Shown here: positions 12,601 through 23,800 of the stretch, one piece after another
Layout of the letters: every line of letters begins with the position of its first letter
Position numbering within the stretch: the first letter of the stretch is position 1
From: Daphnia carinata
Taxonomy: Eukaryota
NCBI RefSeq assembly: GCF_022539665.2
Contig: NC_081333.1
Span: 8,742,001-8,806,000 of the forward strand
Reading direction: 5' to 3'
DNA: 64,000 bases
Made by a program: the position numbers and the translations under genes
Notes under the pieces: generated by a model
Databases searched by the model: none
What the model was told of the DNA's origin: nothing
The model's input: the letters and a program-made list of their open reading frames with translations, nothing else

Positions 12601-15570
12601 TAGATATCGATCCGTAAATTAATTAGACATCTCCGGCCCGCGTGCCACGGCAGGGGTTGGGAAGAAGTGGGACGGAGGGCGGAAGCATTGTGCTGCCAAC
12701 AAAATAAAGGGGGAAAAACTTTGCCTTTGTTTTGCGTCTGTGTGTGTGTGTGTTGCGGTATTGTTATCGTTGTTGTTGTTGTTCAATGGTGTTTCCTGTT
12801 AACAAACCTCGCCCAGACACTTCTGAATTACCCCTCCGGATTCACAAACTTTTCCATAAACAACAAAAATAATTCCTTTTTTTTTTTAAAGAAAAAAGAA
12901 AAATACTTTCATCCTCTTACTTCCGTAAATGTCAAGACAAATTCGCAACTGTGTTCAATCCATCAAGAAATCTTTTAATGAAAGGAGGGATGATAAATTT
13001 TGCTCCAGGGACTGGCTCACTTGGCACTATCAAAATACTTAATAATCCTGTACGTGCAGAAGAAGCTCAGTGTTTACATATACTGCAGAAAATGGTACGA
13101 CGTATCAGCGCTAGGCAAATTGGTCACGAACCGTCACATGACGATCGAAGGCACAAACAAAAAGAAGAAAATACGGCCATCACAGACAAGAAACTAATTT
13201 GATTCACGCATCTCTTCTCTACCGACTTTGCACTGATTGATCCGTTTCTATACATGGCTCTTTTCACGTCAAGGTACAGCCAAATAAGACTGGAATGGCA
13301 GCGCATTTGGAAAACGCAATGACGAATGTTTGTTTGGAATCCGAACGTCTTCCCTCCCGAAAAGCTTCGCCGTCCTCATTCCTTTTTTTTTTTTTTTTGG
13401 CCTTTTACTCATGACCAACCCAGCTCAGCCAGCCATCTCACTCCGCTAATTGAGTCGTCAGGATGACGCAGCAGGGCGTATGATCCAATGCGGAATCCGT
13501 CCAGCCAAAAATCACGTCCCTCCATCCTTCCCCCCTCCACCTAAATAGTCTTGGCTATTTGCTGGACCCTAGACGACGAGCTCATCGGTCCTATATTATC
13601 ATCATTATGTAGCAGCTCATCTGCATTCCAAATTGAATTGTGCGTGCCACACCAATCAATAGTTCCGGAAAAGGAGCCCAGCAGGAGGAGGGACACTTCA
13701 TGATGAAATAAGGGTTTCAAAAAAGAAAAAAAAGAAGATGATGTTGGCCAACTTTCATAGCGTTATTGACCGTTCAGACTGCGTAGTTTGAATGCGTAAT
13801 GTGCAACGAGTCTATTTACTTGTAGCAAGAGATGAAAACTACATCTGCTGGGCTATCTTCCAAGGCTTGCCGTCTAAAAGCCAGAAAGAACAAAAATCGT
13901 TGGGTGGGGGGTGGGGGGGGGGAGGCGAACAAGCAAGAAGAAAATGTTGCCCGTCTGCAGTCTAGAATACTAATGTGCACATACTTCAACAATCTGGGCT
14001 GCATGCCAGTTTGGAAATGACAGAAAAAAAGTTTGATTAACGTCGAACATTGAGAATGGTTGGTGACGTTCAATACAAACAAGCAAAACAAGCTTAACTG
14101 CCAGCGGTGAGAGTCTCGTTCGTTTTCGCCACGTCAACAAAAGGGCGACAAAGATCTAGTCCCATAATTAGAAAATCAACAAAGTTGGCGAGGAGGACGG
14201 GTTCGCAACAAACAAACTTGAAAGCCCTCGAGGCTGAGGAAATACAGTAATGCAATGAGTCAACAGAAATCGGCGAGAAGAAATTATTTGCGACTTACTA
14301 CTTCAGCTGGAAACGTTGGGTGGGGGTCGAACCGGCATTCAGAAGTCGACAAATCTTGTAGGACACTTTATAGTTTTTTGATAAAGTTAATCTCGTTACG
14401 GAGCACTTAAGCAGATCGATGTCGCCATTTTCGTTCGTAGTAATGCAATAATAGTTACAAACATATTAGGCGAGTTGTTCATCATTTGTTACAACGTTTT
14501 GTTAGAGTCATGAGGAACCTTTACTAAATCATCACAATAACCTAATTACTGCGTTGTTGCGTGATACACACGGCTGTAATTAGATTCATCACAGGACAGC
14601 AAAGCACATTTGACGAGACGACAAACCTCGTGTTCCGACGAAAGTTTGTAATAAACGTTGCCATATTTATTACATCATTAAAATCTTTGACAACAGTGTT
14701 TTTTAATACAAAATTTTTAAAACACTACGATACGGATAGCTGCCGATAGGTTCTCGTAGATCGATAAATTTCAACACAGGAAATTCTTCAATATAAAATG
14801 AAAAAAAAAGGAACATTAAAAAAAAAATACGCGCTGAGTAGTTAAATTCACGAGGGAAATTGGAATGGCCTTTCAAGTCAATTAGCTTTGAATAATTGAT
14901 TTCTTTGACGCTGTATTCAAACGAAAAATAAGCTTAGGACATGTCTTTACAACAAGTTTTGCAGAGGGTAGACAAACTGTTGCAGCTAAATGTTTCAGTA
15001 GGAAAGATGGAGGAAGGAGGAAATGACGAGCGAGAATATTATAATTGATAATCAAAACGCCTTGAAGCTAGGCCCAGATAAAATATTAACCGGTGGCTTC
15101 GTGATTGTCAAATTAAGTTCTCCGGTTAAGCTTCTTCATCGTACGTGTCGAGACCTTATGGGATCTTAAATGGTGATTCACTTATCAACGCAGGCTAAAT
15201 CGACCCGAGTGTTCTTATTAACAAATAAACACAGTAGTATAAACTTACTATGGTGCTTTTAACACAGCGTTGAAGTTTGGTGTTACAAATCCAAGAAAGA
15301 AACGAATGGCTGCGCTGCGCCTCGATATCCTAATGCCATTTTCTTCTAGTTAAAGAATGTGCTATCAATAAAAAAAATGTGTATGCAAGAAATATTCAAT
15401 TAAGTCCCATACTTATTTTCATTAATGCTGCCTTTGCATAAACAAATCAGTGAAAGACTTTCTGTCAAAAGCCAAGAAAGCAAAATATTTTGTCGTCTGC
15501 TTAGCAGATGAGAATACATTGAAGACCTTTTAGTCATACTGCCTTAATTTGTGGATTGTAAAGACAAGGA

Positions 15571-17589
15571 ATGTTGTGGCGAATATTTGCATCCGTCACC
15601 TTTGGAAAGCTCCTCTTCATACCATCTTAGTTAGAAACGTTTAAGTTAATAGAATCGTCCTTACGTCCATCTATTAAAACCTTTTTACCTTGCAGCCGGT
15701 CAACTGATTTTGAAGTCCATCGCAACTGGTTGGCGGTTACCCATAGCCTACCTCTAAGTAAGTGGTACATCGACGATACTTCGCAATGGACTCTAGACTA
15801 CCCTCCATTATTTGCTTGGTTCGAATACATCCTTTCTTGGGGTGCTCTACTGTTCGACCCCGAAATGTTGAAAGTTGACAACTTAAATTATGCCTCTCGA
15901 AATACCATTCTTTTTCAGAGAATCTCAGTCATACTGACTGATGTTGTGTATGCATTGGGTGTGCAAAAGTAATCCTAATACTAATAGTGAAATTTATCGT
16001 AAAATAAAGTTTACTTGCTTTTTAGATGCTTGTACACATTTGGCAATAACCAGGGAGGAAAAGTACAGAAAGATGCTGAGAAATGGTTTAGTTCTTCAAC
16101 CATTCTGGCTTTTTTATTACTGTGCAATGTAGGTCTTTTCATGGTGGATCACATCCACTTCCAGTATAATGGATTTCTCACTGGAATTTTACTACTTTCA
16201 GTTGGTTCTATACTTCAGGTAAAGGATTTTTAAGTTAGCAATAACTATATTGTCATCAATATCTCATCTTCCTCTTTTTTTTTTTACAGAAAGAAAATCT
16301 TAAGGCAGCCTTTTGGTTCTCTATTCTTCTTAATTTGAAGCATATATATCTTTATATTGCCCCAGTTTATGCCGTCTACCTGCTGCGTAGCTATTGCTTT
16401 GATATTCAAAAGTCAAAGATGACATTTCATTTGAAAAGGCTTATTAAATTGGGTGTCATAGTTGTTACGACATTTGGTTTCACATATTTTCCATTTGTTA
16501 ATCAACTTCAGCAGGTATAATATCTATCATGAATCTTATTTTTTACAAATTCTTATTGAAAGTTTTTTTCTGTACCTCTTTTTCTTTCAGGTCCTATCCA
16601 GGCTGTTCCCGTTTGAAAATCGCGGCCTCTGTCATGCGTATTGGGCACCTAATTTCTGGGCAATTTACAACGTAGTGGACAAAATCCTGGCTTTTCTTGG
16701 TAGGTCACTTTGCGTGAACATTTTTTACTTCAAATTTCGTACAGTTGGTCTGTGTTTTAGGACATAAACTTGGCTGGATCGATCCACTTTCAAAAGTGAC
16801 TGCCTCAATGACGGGAGGTTTGGTTCAAGAATTTGAGCACGCCATACTCCCATCTATTGGACCTAAGACCACTCTGGTTTTCACCTTACTGGCGTTATTG
16901 GTAGGTATCTGAGCTATCGTGTTCTATCGCGATGCAACAACTGAATAATTTTAAAACGATGCAGCCAGCGGTCATTATCCTGTTCAAGCAACCTAATCAA
17001 CCGCGTGCATTTATCCGAGCGATTGTTTTGTGTGCCTTTGCGTCGTTTCTCTTCGGCTGGCATGTGCATGAAAAGGCCATCCTAATAGTCATCACTCCTT
17101 TGACGTCAGTACAGAAGATTTCTGTGCAATTACAAAAAAGAAAAGACAATCACATAATCAACTCTCTCTGACAGATTACTGGCTGCCTCCTCTCACGAAG
17201 ATTGCCGGCTCTTCATGTTGCTGAGCATAACGGGTCACGTATCTCTATTTCCCTTGCTTTTCACGCCGTTCGAAAATGTTCTCAAGGTAGTGGTGGTACT
17301 TACCTACTCACTCGCTAGCTACTCCTTCTTGTCAGCACTACATGATGATCCAAAATCGAAAGGCACATTGTTGAAGTTCCGATCATGGGAGCGTTTTTTC
17401 CTCTATGGCTTGGTGGCCGTCGCGCTGTTTGAAAGCTGCATTCACTCGATGGTCGATCCTTCCGGTCGATTGCCGTTTCTGCCATTGATGATTATGTCTG
17501 TCTATTGCGCTATTGGAATTATTTACGTTTGGTTTTTCTTTGTCATTGGATCTCTGAAAACAGAGAAAAAGATCTCAAAACAGAAGTAA
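15571..17589 (+). CDS. ALG8: Dolichyl-PP-Glc1Man9GlcNAc2 alpha-1,3-glucosyltransferase (ALG6/ALG8 family), 8 exons, ~517 aa
   Basis: Exons 15571-15629, 15696-15968, 16026-16218, 16290-16514, 16591-16699, 16761-16900, 16965-17104 and 17175-17589 join in frame through GT-AG introns (1554 nt). Motifs [56 protein letters not shown] and [10 protein letters not shown] are characteristic of ALG8. Confidence 0.95.
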
Positions 17590-17785
17590 GCACATATCTT
17601 TACAAACAGAGGTGAATATTTTAAATAAATTCCTTGGCAACTGTTTGTTGGTTTTTCAGCTGAAAACAGGGGAACAGAATTGGCAATATTTATTCTACTA
17701 AAATGGGCAAATTTATAGTTATTATTTACGCTACCTTATCTATTTTGAAAGATTGAAGCAAACCATTAAAAATAGATACGCAGAA

Positions 17786-19616
17786 TTACTGCAAAGCTGG
17801 TTTCAAACGAGACAATTCCTTTTCTAGCTCAATGATTCGTTTGCTTTCTTCGGCGGATTTCTGCGCTTGAGCCTTGAGTTTACGGCGTAGCTCCATGACG
17901 ATATCAGTGTGCCGTCTTTTTTCTGCTTCCAGTTCAAATTTGTGTTTGGTTGTCAAGCTCTGCGTCACACGTTCAACTTCTGAGGTGACTAGGCTCTTTT
18001 CCCGTGCCAGTTGAGCTCGTTGCCTATTCAAATGTTCTTTTTCCTGTCGGAGTTCTAGCTCACTTTGCCGCGTACTTTGAATAGCATTTTCTAGTTGCTT
18101 TTCTAGTTCTTCGATACGACGCACTCGTCGTTGAAATGCTGCCTCTTTCACGGCTGCTTGTCTGCAATATTCGCTATTTAATAACTCCATGTAAGAAGCT
18201 CTCGAGCGCTCTTGCTTTTCTTGCTCCAGTAGCTTTTGTTCTTCCTTCCAAACTTCAAGTTCTAGCGCCGTTGCATAGAATATGTCTTCTTCAGTTTTCC
18301 CTCGATGGTTTTGGTTCTTTTTCGAAGAAAATCTGGCAATTTCAGAGCAGACTTCAGTACATTCTGATGAGATAACAGAAGAGACATCACCGGCTGTAGT
18401 AGTGGTATAAGTTTGATTACGTGGCTGGTTAGTTCTTTGTTCAGCTTCTGATAACGTAACTACCACACCAATCTGGGGCTTCACTGGGGTTGAATATGCT
18501 TCCTTGGTTTCCGTTTCCAACAGCGAGATCATTGGGAAGATTCCTGAAATATTTATGGGTTCAAGATGTAGCTTTTCTAAGATTCGGTGCTCTAATTGGC
18601 AATATTCTATGCGTTCTTTGATGGGTAGAATGGATTCAGCGATGGGTATGTCCTCACAGCAAAGTAGTATAGTAAGGGTTTTCATGGACTGTTTGAGAAA
18701 GCGAAGTACACACTTTGGTGAACCCTTTAATTTAGCCGTGGCTCTTTCTCCAATTTCAGTAAGGTTTCGCAAACACTTGAAGGGCTTGAAACGAATAGGA
18801 CTTCCAAACAAACTGAATCGAAATTCAAACGGGATGTTTTCTGAAGGCCAAAGGCTCTTGGACGGGAACAAGTTGAAGAGGTTTTCGGCAAATGATATCG
18901 TCACTGACAGGTTAAAGAAAATTTGTTCGTCGGTGTCGATCGGGTCTTCTATTAGGAAGTACTCGTCATTGACAAGAACTGGCTTCAACTGACCTGCTTT
19001 TCGATTACCGGTATCGGGTACTTCATCAGGTTTCACTTGGTCACTTTGGTTCGTCGTTGAATCCACGTTAGGTGTAGCCTCTCCGTTGCATTCGTGAAAA
19101 ATAGAAATAAGTAGAGAAGGCTCTTCGGTCACGTAAGTATCGGGAGCACGTTTCAGTTTGTACCACTAAACAATATGTAATTTAAATTAAGCAAATCATC
19201 TTTGTATCAACTATTAATATCTTTTATGTTGCCCATACCTTTTTAATTGGTATGGCTTTTATGTCAAATGACAAACTGAGGGAATCATAAGCATGAATTC
19301 TACCATCTGATGAGACATATGTACATAGTAATGTCAATTGTTCCAATTCTAATAATCTTTTATCCAATTCTGCTGCAGGAAACGCCACTTCTTGATTTAT
19401 TGCTACATTGTCTGTCCAACATTCTTGTTCCATATCAGCTTCCGTCTGTCCACATGATATCCTAAAACTAAGTTTCCCACCATTTGAGGGAAAATTCTTT
19501 CCTATAAAGGAAAATTTATGTGGTTTCGTTTAGCTTTTTTAAAGTTAAATTTTTTGGTAGACACATAAAATTTATTTATTCTTACCTTGGATAACTTGAA
19601 CAACCACAAAATCCAT
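17786..19616 (-). CDS. CEP120: Centrosomal protein CEP120-like (C2A + C2B + coiled coil), 3 exons, ~557 aa
   Basis: Exons 19616-19586, 19501-19239 and 19165-17786 join in frame (1674 nt): MDFVVVQVIQGKNFP...KKWYKL (C2A-like), FNLSVTISFAENL...FRFSLFG...ERATAKL...ILLCCED (C2B-like), then YATALELEVWKEEQ and a long coiled coil. These match remembered CEP120 segments. Confidence 0.8.
19571..19580 (-). terminator. Overlapping AATAAA poly(A) signals in CEP120 intron 1, candidate 3' end of C15orf61
   Basis: The minus strand reads CAAG|GTAAG-AATAAATAAA-TTTTATGTGT, about 40 nt after the C15orf61 stop codon. Confidence 0.5.
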
Positions 19617-19620
19617 TGCA

Positions 19621-20070
19621 CTAGTACTGTGCTCCAATATCCTCCTTGTACAGAAAGTGAATAGTAACTTCTCCTTTGGAAGTCTGCACAGTTTCCTTAT
19701 GGGATATAAGGAATATTGCTGCTATTCCATATGCAAGGCATGGCAGGCCAAAATTCATGATCTTGATCAGCCTAAACAGTGTGTCTTCTGTTGATAAATC
19801 TTCATGAGGACGGCAAGTGCAATGATATTTTATGTATGGATAACAACCAGTGCGAAGGATGTGATAATTCTTATCTTTCACTCTCCAGTTAAAATGTGAA
19901 AATCCTCTTTGATCATTGACTATATCATCGTATTTCACGAAGTATGAAGTCCAAGGAGGTAGATCTCGTTGAAGCAAATACTTCGTTAGTACCTCTGATG
20001 CGTAAGGTTTTTGTTTCAATTTCGAAGCAGTAGAATACGCCTTCACGGGAACAACTAAATGTCGCCACAT
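19621..20070 (-). CDS. C15orf61: C15orf61 / DUF4528 homolog, intronless CDS, 149 aa, possible mitochondrial presequence
   Basis: KPYASEVLT..L.QR.LP.WTS, NDQRGFSHFNW, NYHILRTGCYPYIKYHC and the C-terminal FLYKEDIGAQY match C15orf61. The first ATG is at 20070 (the track's 20073 start is a TTG). The N-terminus is basic and lacks acidic residues. Confidence 0.9.
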   Translation of the reverse strand: MWRHLVVPVKAYSTASKLKQKPYASEVLTKYLLQRDLPPWTSYFVKYDDIVNDQRGFSHFNWRVKDKNYHILRTGCYPYIKYHCTCRPHEDLSTEDTLFRLIKIMNFGLPCLAYGIAAIFLISHKETVQTSKGEVTIHFLYKEDIGAQY

Positions 20071-20827
20071 CAATGCAGAATACGTGAAACCACTGAATGT
20101 TTTCTAACCTTCGATTTCACTGAGTTAAAAATGAATAAAATACTAAATCGTAGACTGAGGACCTGTGCAGTGCAGACTAAAGGCCTTCTTTAAACTTCCA
20201 AACATACCAATGCTTTATATGTCTAGTGCCTCTAACAATATGAATTTCGTATTACAACTCACGGGTACGTGCTGGCGTACTCGTCTTAATTGTATTAACG
20301 AATTTGTGGGATTCGAATCGAACAATATCAAGAATACAATAAGCATTATCACATGAAAAAAATAAAATAAAATAAAATACATCAAGAGCGATCGAGAAAA
20401 GTCAAGATTTCAGTGAGAAGTCAGTAGAAGTGAAAGGTCGAAATCAAGTAATATATGAAATTTCTTGGTGAATGTATTTAATTGAAAACAAACAAGGATA
20501 AGTCGAGTAAAGCATAAAGTTGGGGAATACAGGAACAACTAATTCCCTCACAAACTCCGCTGCAGGAGAAAGGAAGGAAGAACCGAGGAGAGGAAAACGG
20601 AGGACAATAAGAAAACATAAGCTAAAAAAACATGTCACCCACAGTAGTTTACATTTAAACTGGGGATTTTACCTAGGAATTTCGCGAGAGGCTCTATCAA
20701 CCATGTGTGGCTGACACAAATAATATTGTTCCTCAAACAGGGCAATTTGATACAAAAAATCATCCGGCCAACTATCATCAAGAGAATAGATTGATCCTAC
20801 GCTTAACTTCATCCGATGAAGTTCTGT

Positions 20828-23800
20828 CTATGTCTTAGGTACAGAATTAGATCCTAAAATTGAAAAAACAATTTACAGTAAAAAACCGCTGTAAAGGGAA
20901 AACACGAAATTAAATAGTACCACTGGGTCCTTCTGGCTCATTTGATCCTGTAACCGTGTTGTAAATTACGGGGGCCAGTCCATATAAATCTGTTCGCTGA
21001 TGTGGACCAATAGTTGGCCTGCCCCGTGATCTCGGTGGGGCTGATGCTCCTAATCCGCTTGGACCTAGGCAAAAGGCTTCCATGAAAAACAATCGGTCAA
21101 GGTACAAGCGAAACCTAGTAGATTACCTGGTAAACCTGGCCCTTGAGGCGTATTGCCAAATTGGCGCTTAAGCTGATCAGCTGCTACTTGTCGCTGCATT
21201 AATAATCTTTGAGCATCACCGGGCTGCTGTAAAGCATTCTGTGCAGAGGCAACGGCGGCAGCTGCAGCTGCTTGCTGAACAGAGAAGTTTTGAAGCTGAT
21301 CCACCTAAAAACAAACCACAACAATATTTAGTACCGCTATTTAAAACTACAAATCAAATTTTTCGAAGGTGTGCATACAGTTAGACGCAGTCTTCCCAGG
21401 AATTCATCTTGAGTGATCCCAGGATTAGAATTATAAATCATAGCTGCTATGCTGCTCAGTGGAATGCCAGCCACCGAACGTCCAGCTAATCCTCCCAAAA
21501 TGTCCGGCATTCCAGGCATACTCATGAAACCAGGCGAATCTTGCATCATCATTCCCATCGGGTTGACACCACGCTTCTCGTTTTCAAAATCATCCCATGC
21601 GGCTTTCCGTTCCGCTTCAGTAAGTTCTTCATCCGATTTGTTTTCCAATAGCGAATCATGTTCGTGATAAGTCACGATCCAATCCTTTCTCTGAATAGTC
21701 AACTCAGCAAGTAAACGATCTTTAGGTAGTAGAGGCGTCGGCCGGCGCAAGTGGCTGTCGGGTTCGAACACGTACAATTCATTCAAATCTGCTGAATTGA
21801 AATGCCGCTCGATCTGCTGCTCATCAACCACTCGGCAAGACAGAGACAGCTTCGTTACCTAGAGAAATGAAATGACAACGTTTGTAGGTGATACTTTTAA
21901 CATACTGTAATTTTTAAGTGAAATACTTTACCTGACGATCATAGATTTTTTCTTCCATAGTTCCTTGAGCCAAAAACCGATAAATGTAGCAAGGTTTTTT
22001 TTGTCCAAATCTTTGAAGAAAGAGCAAGAAAGGAAACTTATATACATGATCTGCTGATGTAACACATTTAGGCAAAATCAAACAATTACCGATAAACGCG
22101 GAAAATACTCTGAACATCATGCGAAGGATTCCAAGATGCATCAAAAATGATGACACGGTTCGCTGCAACCAAATTGATTCCCAAGCCACCAGCTTTGGTT
22201 GAAATGAGGAAGAGCCGAGAGCGAAGATTTGATGGGTTGTTGAACGCATTGCATGCATTTTTGCGCAGCTCTGCCGACGTCTGCCCATCTAACCGGAAGT
22301 AATCTTGATTCAATCGCCATGTGCCATTATGCTCCTGTTTCAACTATCAAACGACAAGATAATTGGTGCAATTTCTTAGAATGCTAAAACGTTACTGCTT
22401 ACATCAGTGCTAGCAAGACTTGCTCGAGTTTTCTCATTTCGTTCGTCTTCGGCGGCAAGAAATTCTTCAATTAAATTCAAGGAGACAAGGGACTGACTGA
22501 AGACAAGGACTTTGTCACCAATGAGCTCGCACTGCCGCAAAATATCCATGAGAAGCACAAGTTTGCCACTGTGTTCCATTTTGACCATGTCCTCGTCTTG
22601 GACAAACTGCGACCACCATGTACTAGACATTGGAGTTGTTACGCCCAATTCATCCTCTGGTGGTGGTTGGTCTCCACGGGCAGCACGAGTTCTCATTCTG
22701 AAACCGTTTGATCTTGTTGGTACTGTTTCCATTTCAAAAACGATAACGTGTTAGTTTTCATTGCTTATAACTTAACTACAGTGCGGCAATCATCCCAGTT
22801 CAACTGTATATAATAAAATCTAAAGCTTACATACCTCGTTCTTTTTCATCACTACTATCGTCCAAACATACAACGCCACCATCGTCTTCGCTTTCCGGGC
22901 TTTCCCCTCGGTCGTCAATGAAGTCCGCCAAAGATCCCTCTGAGTCACTGTTGTTTTTCGCCTTTGCTTCACGATTTAGTTCAGCCAAGAGCAAAGCTTT
23001 AGGATGAGTCCAAACACGGCCCAGTTCTTGGAAATCGGCAAACAATCCGGCACCTTTCCCTCGACCAATATGGCTAGGCCCACCTTTGGCATGATGTTCG
23101 AGGTAATACTGGTACATCTTGATCTGCAATTCCGACATTTTCACGGATACCACGTATTCGTGTTTCGGAGGTAAGAACGGTGTCAAAACTGCGTAGTCGA
23201 ACCGCTGCACGGAATCTAAAAAATTCAATAAAATAGTTTTAAAAAACATGTAGCGCTTAAAACGAGGTTCATGAGAATCCAGGGAAAAAAAAAAGCATAC
23301 CTTCAAGCATTTTATGCAAAACGTGGGCTCTTCGTTTCATAACCCGTACATCAGAGTCGGTTGAGTCCGCAGCTTGTCCGTTCTTAATGGGATTCCCAAA
23401 ACGATTCGTGAACTCCCTAACAGTTCCCAGTAGGTTAGGTTTTACGAATTGAATCATGCAATGGTACTCGAGTAAGCTGTTTTGAAGCGGTGTGCCCGTC
23501 AAGACGACCCGCCGCCGTGTGGAAATCTTATTCATGGCTTTTGACAAAGCAGTCTTTTCGTTTTTCAGTAAGTGACCTTCATCGCAAACGACAAGTTGTG
23601 GTCCAGGATCAACTAGCGAGCGTGTGAACACATCACGTTCCTTTTTACTGATCTTCTTGTTGTTTTCGTTGGTCAAATTACGATACATATCGTAGCCGAT
23701 GATCATAACTCCTCCACCTTCGAGCCAGCTGCGCAACGTGTAAACCCGCAATTCTTTGTTGTTACCCTTCGCGCTGGCCATTTCGTAAATATCGATATTA

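Noticed and set aside
14310..14385. Minus-strand GGTTCGACCCC resembling a tRNA T-arm/B-box
   Set aside because: No acceptor stem, D-arm or anticodon arm could be folded around it.
3000..15500. Numerous 60-150 aa ORFs in intergenic DNA (also throughout 45.4-64 kb)
   Set aside because: Dominated by poly-K/poly-F from homopolymer runs, often with non-ATG starts, and with no recognisable domains or exon structure.
19586..19623. Stop-codon readthrough fusing C15orf61 to CEP120
   Set aside because: The 4-nt spacer puts CEP120 in a different frame, so readthrough alone cannot make a fusion.
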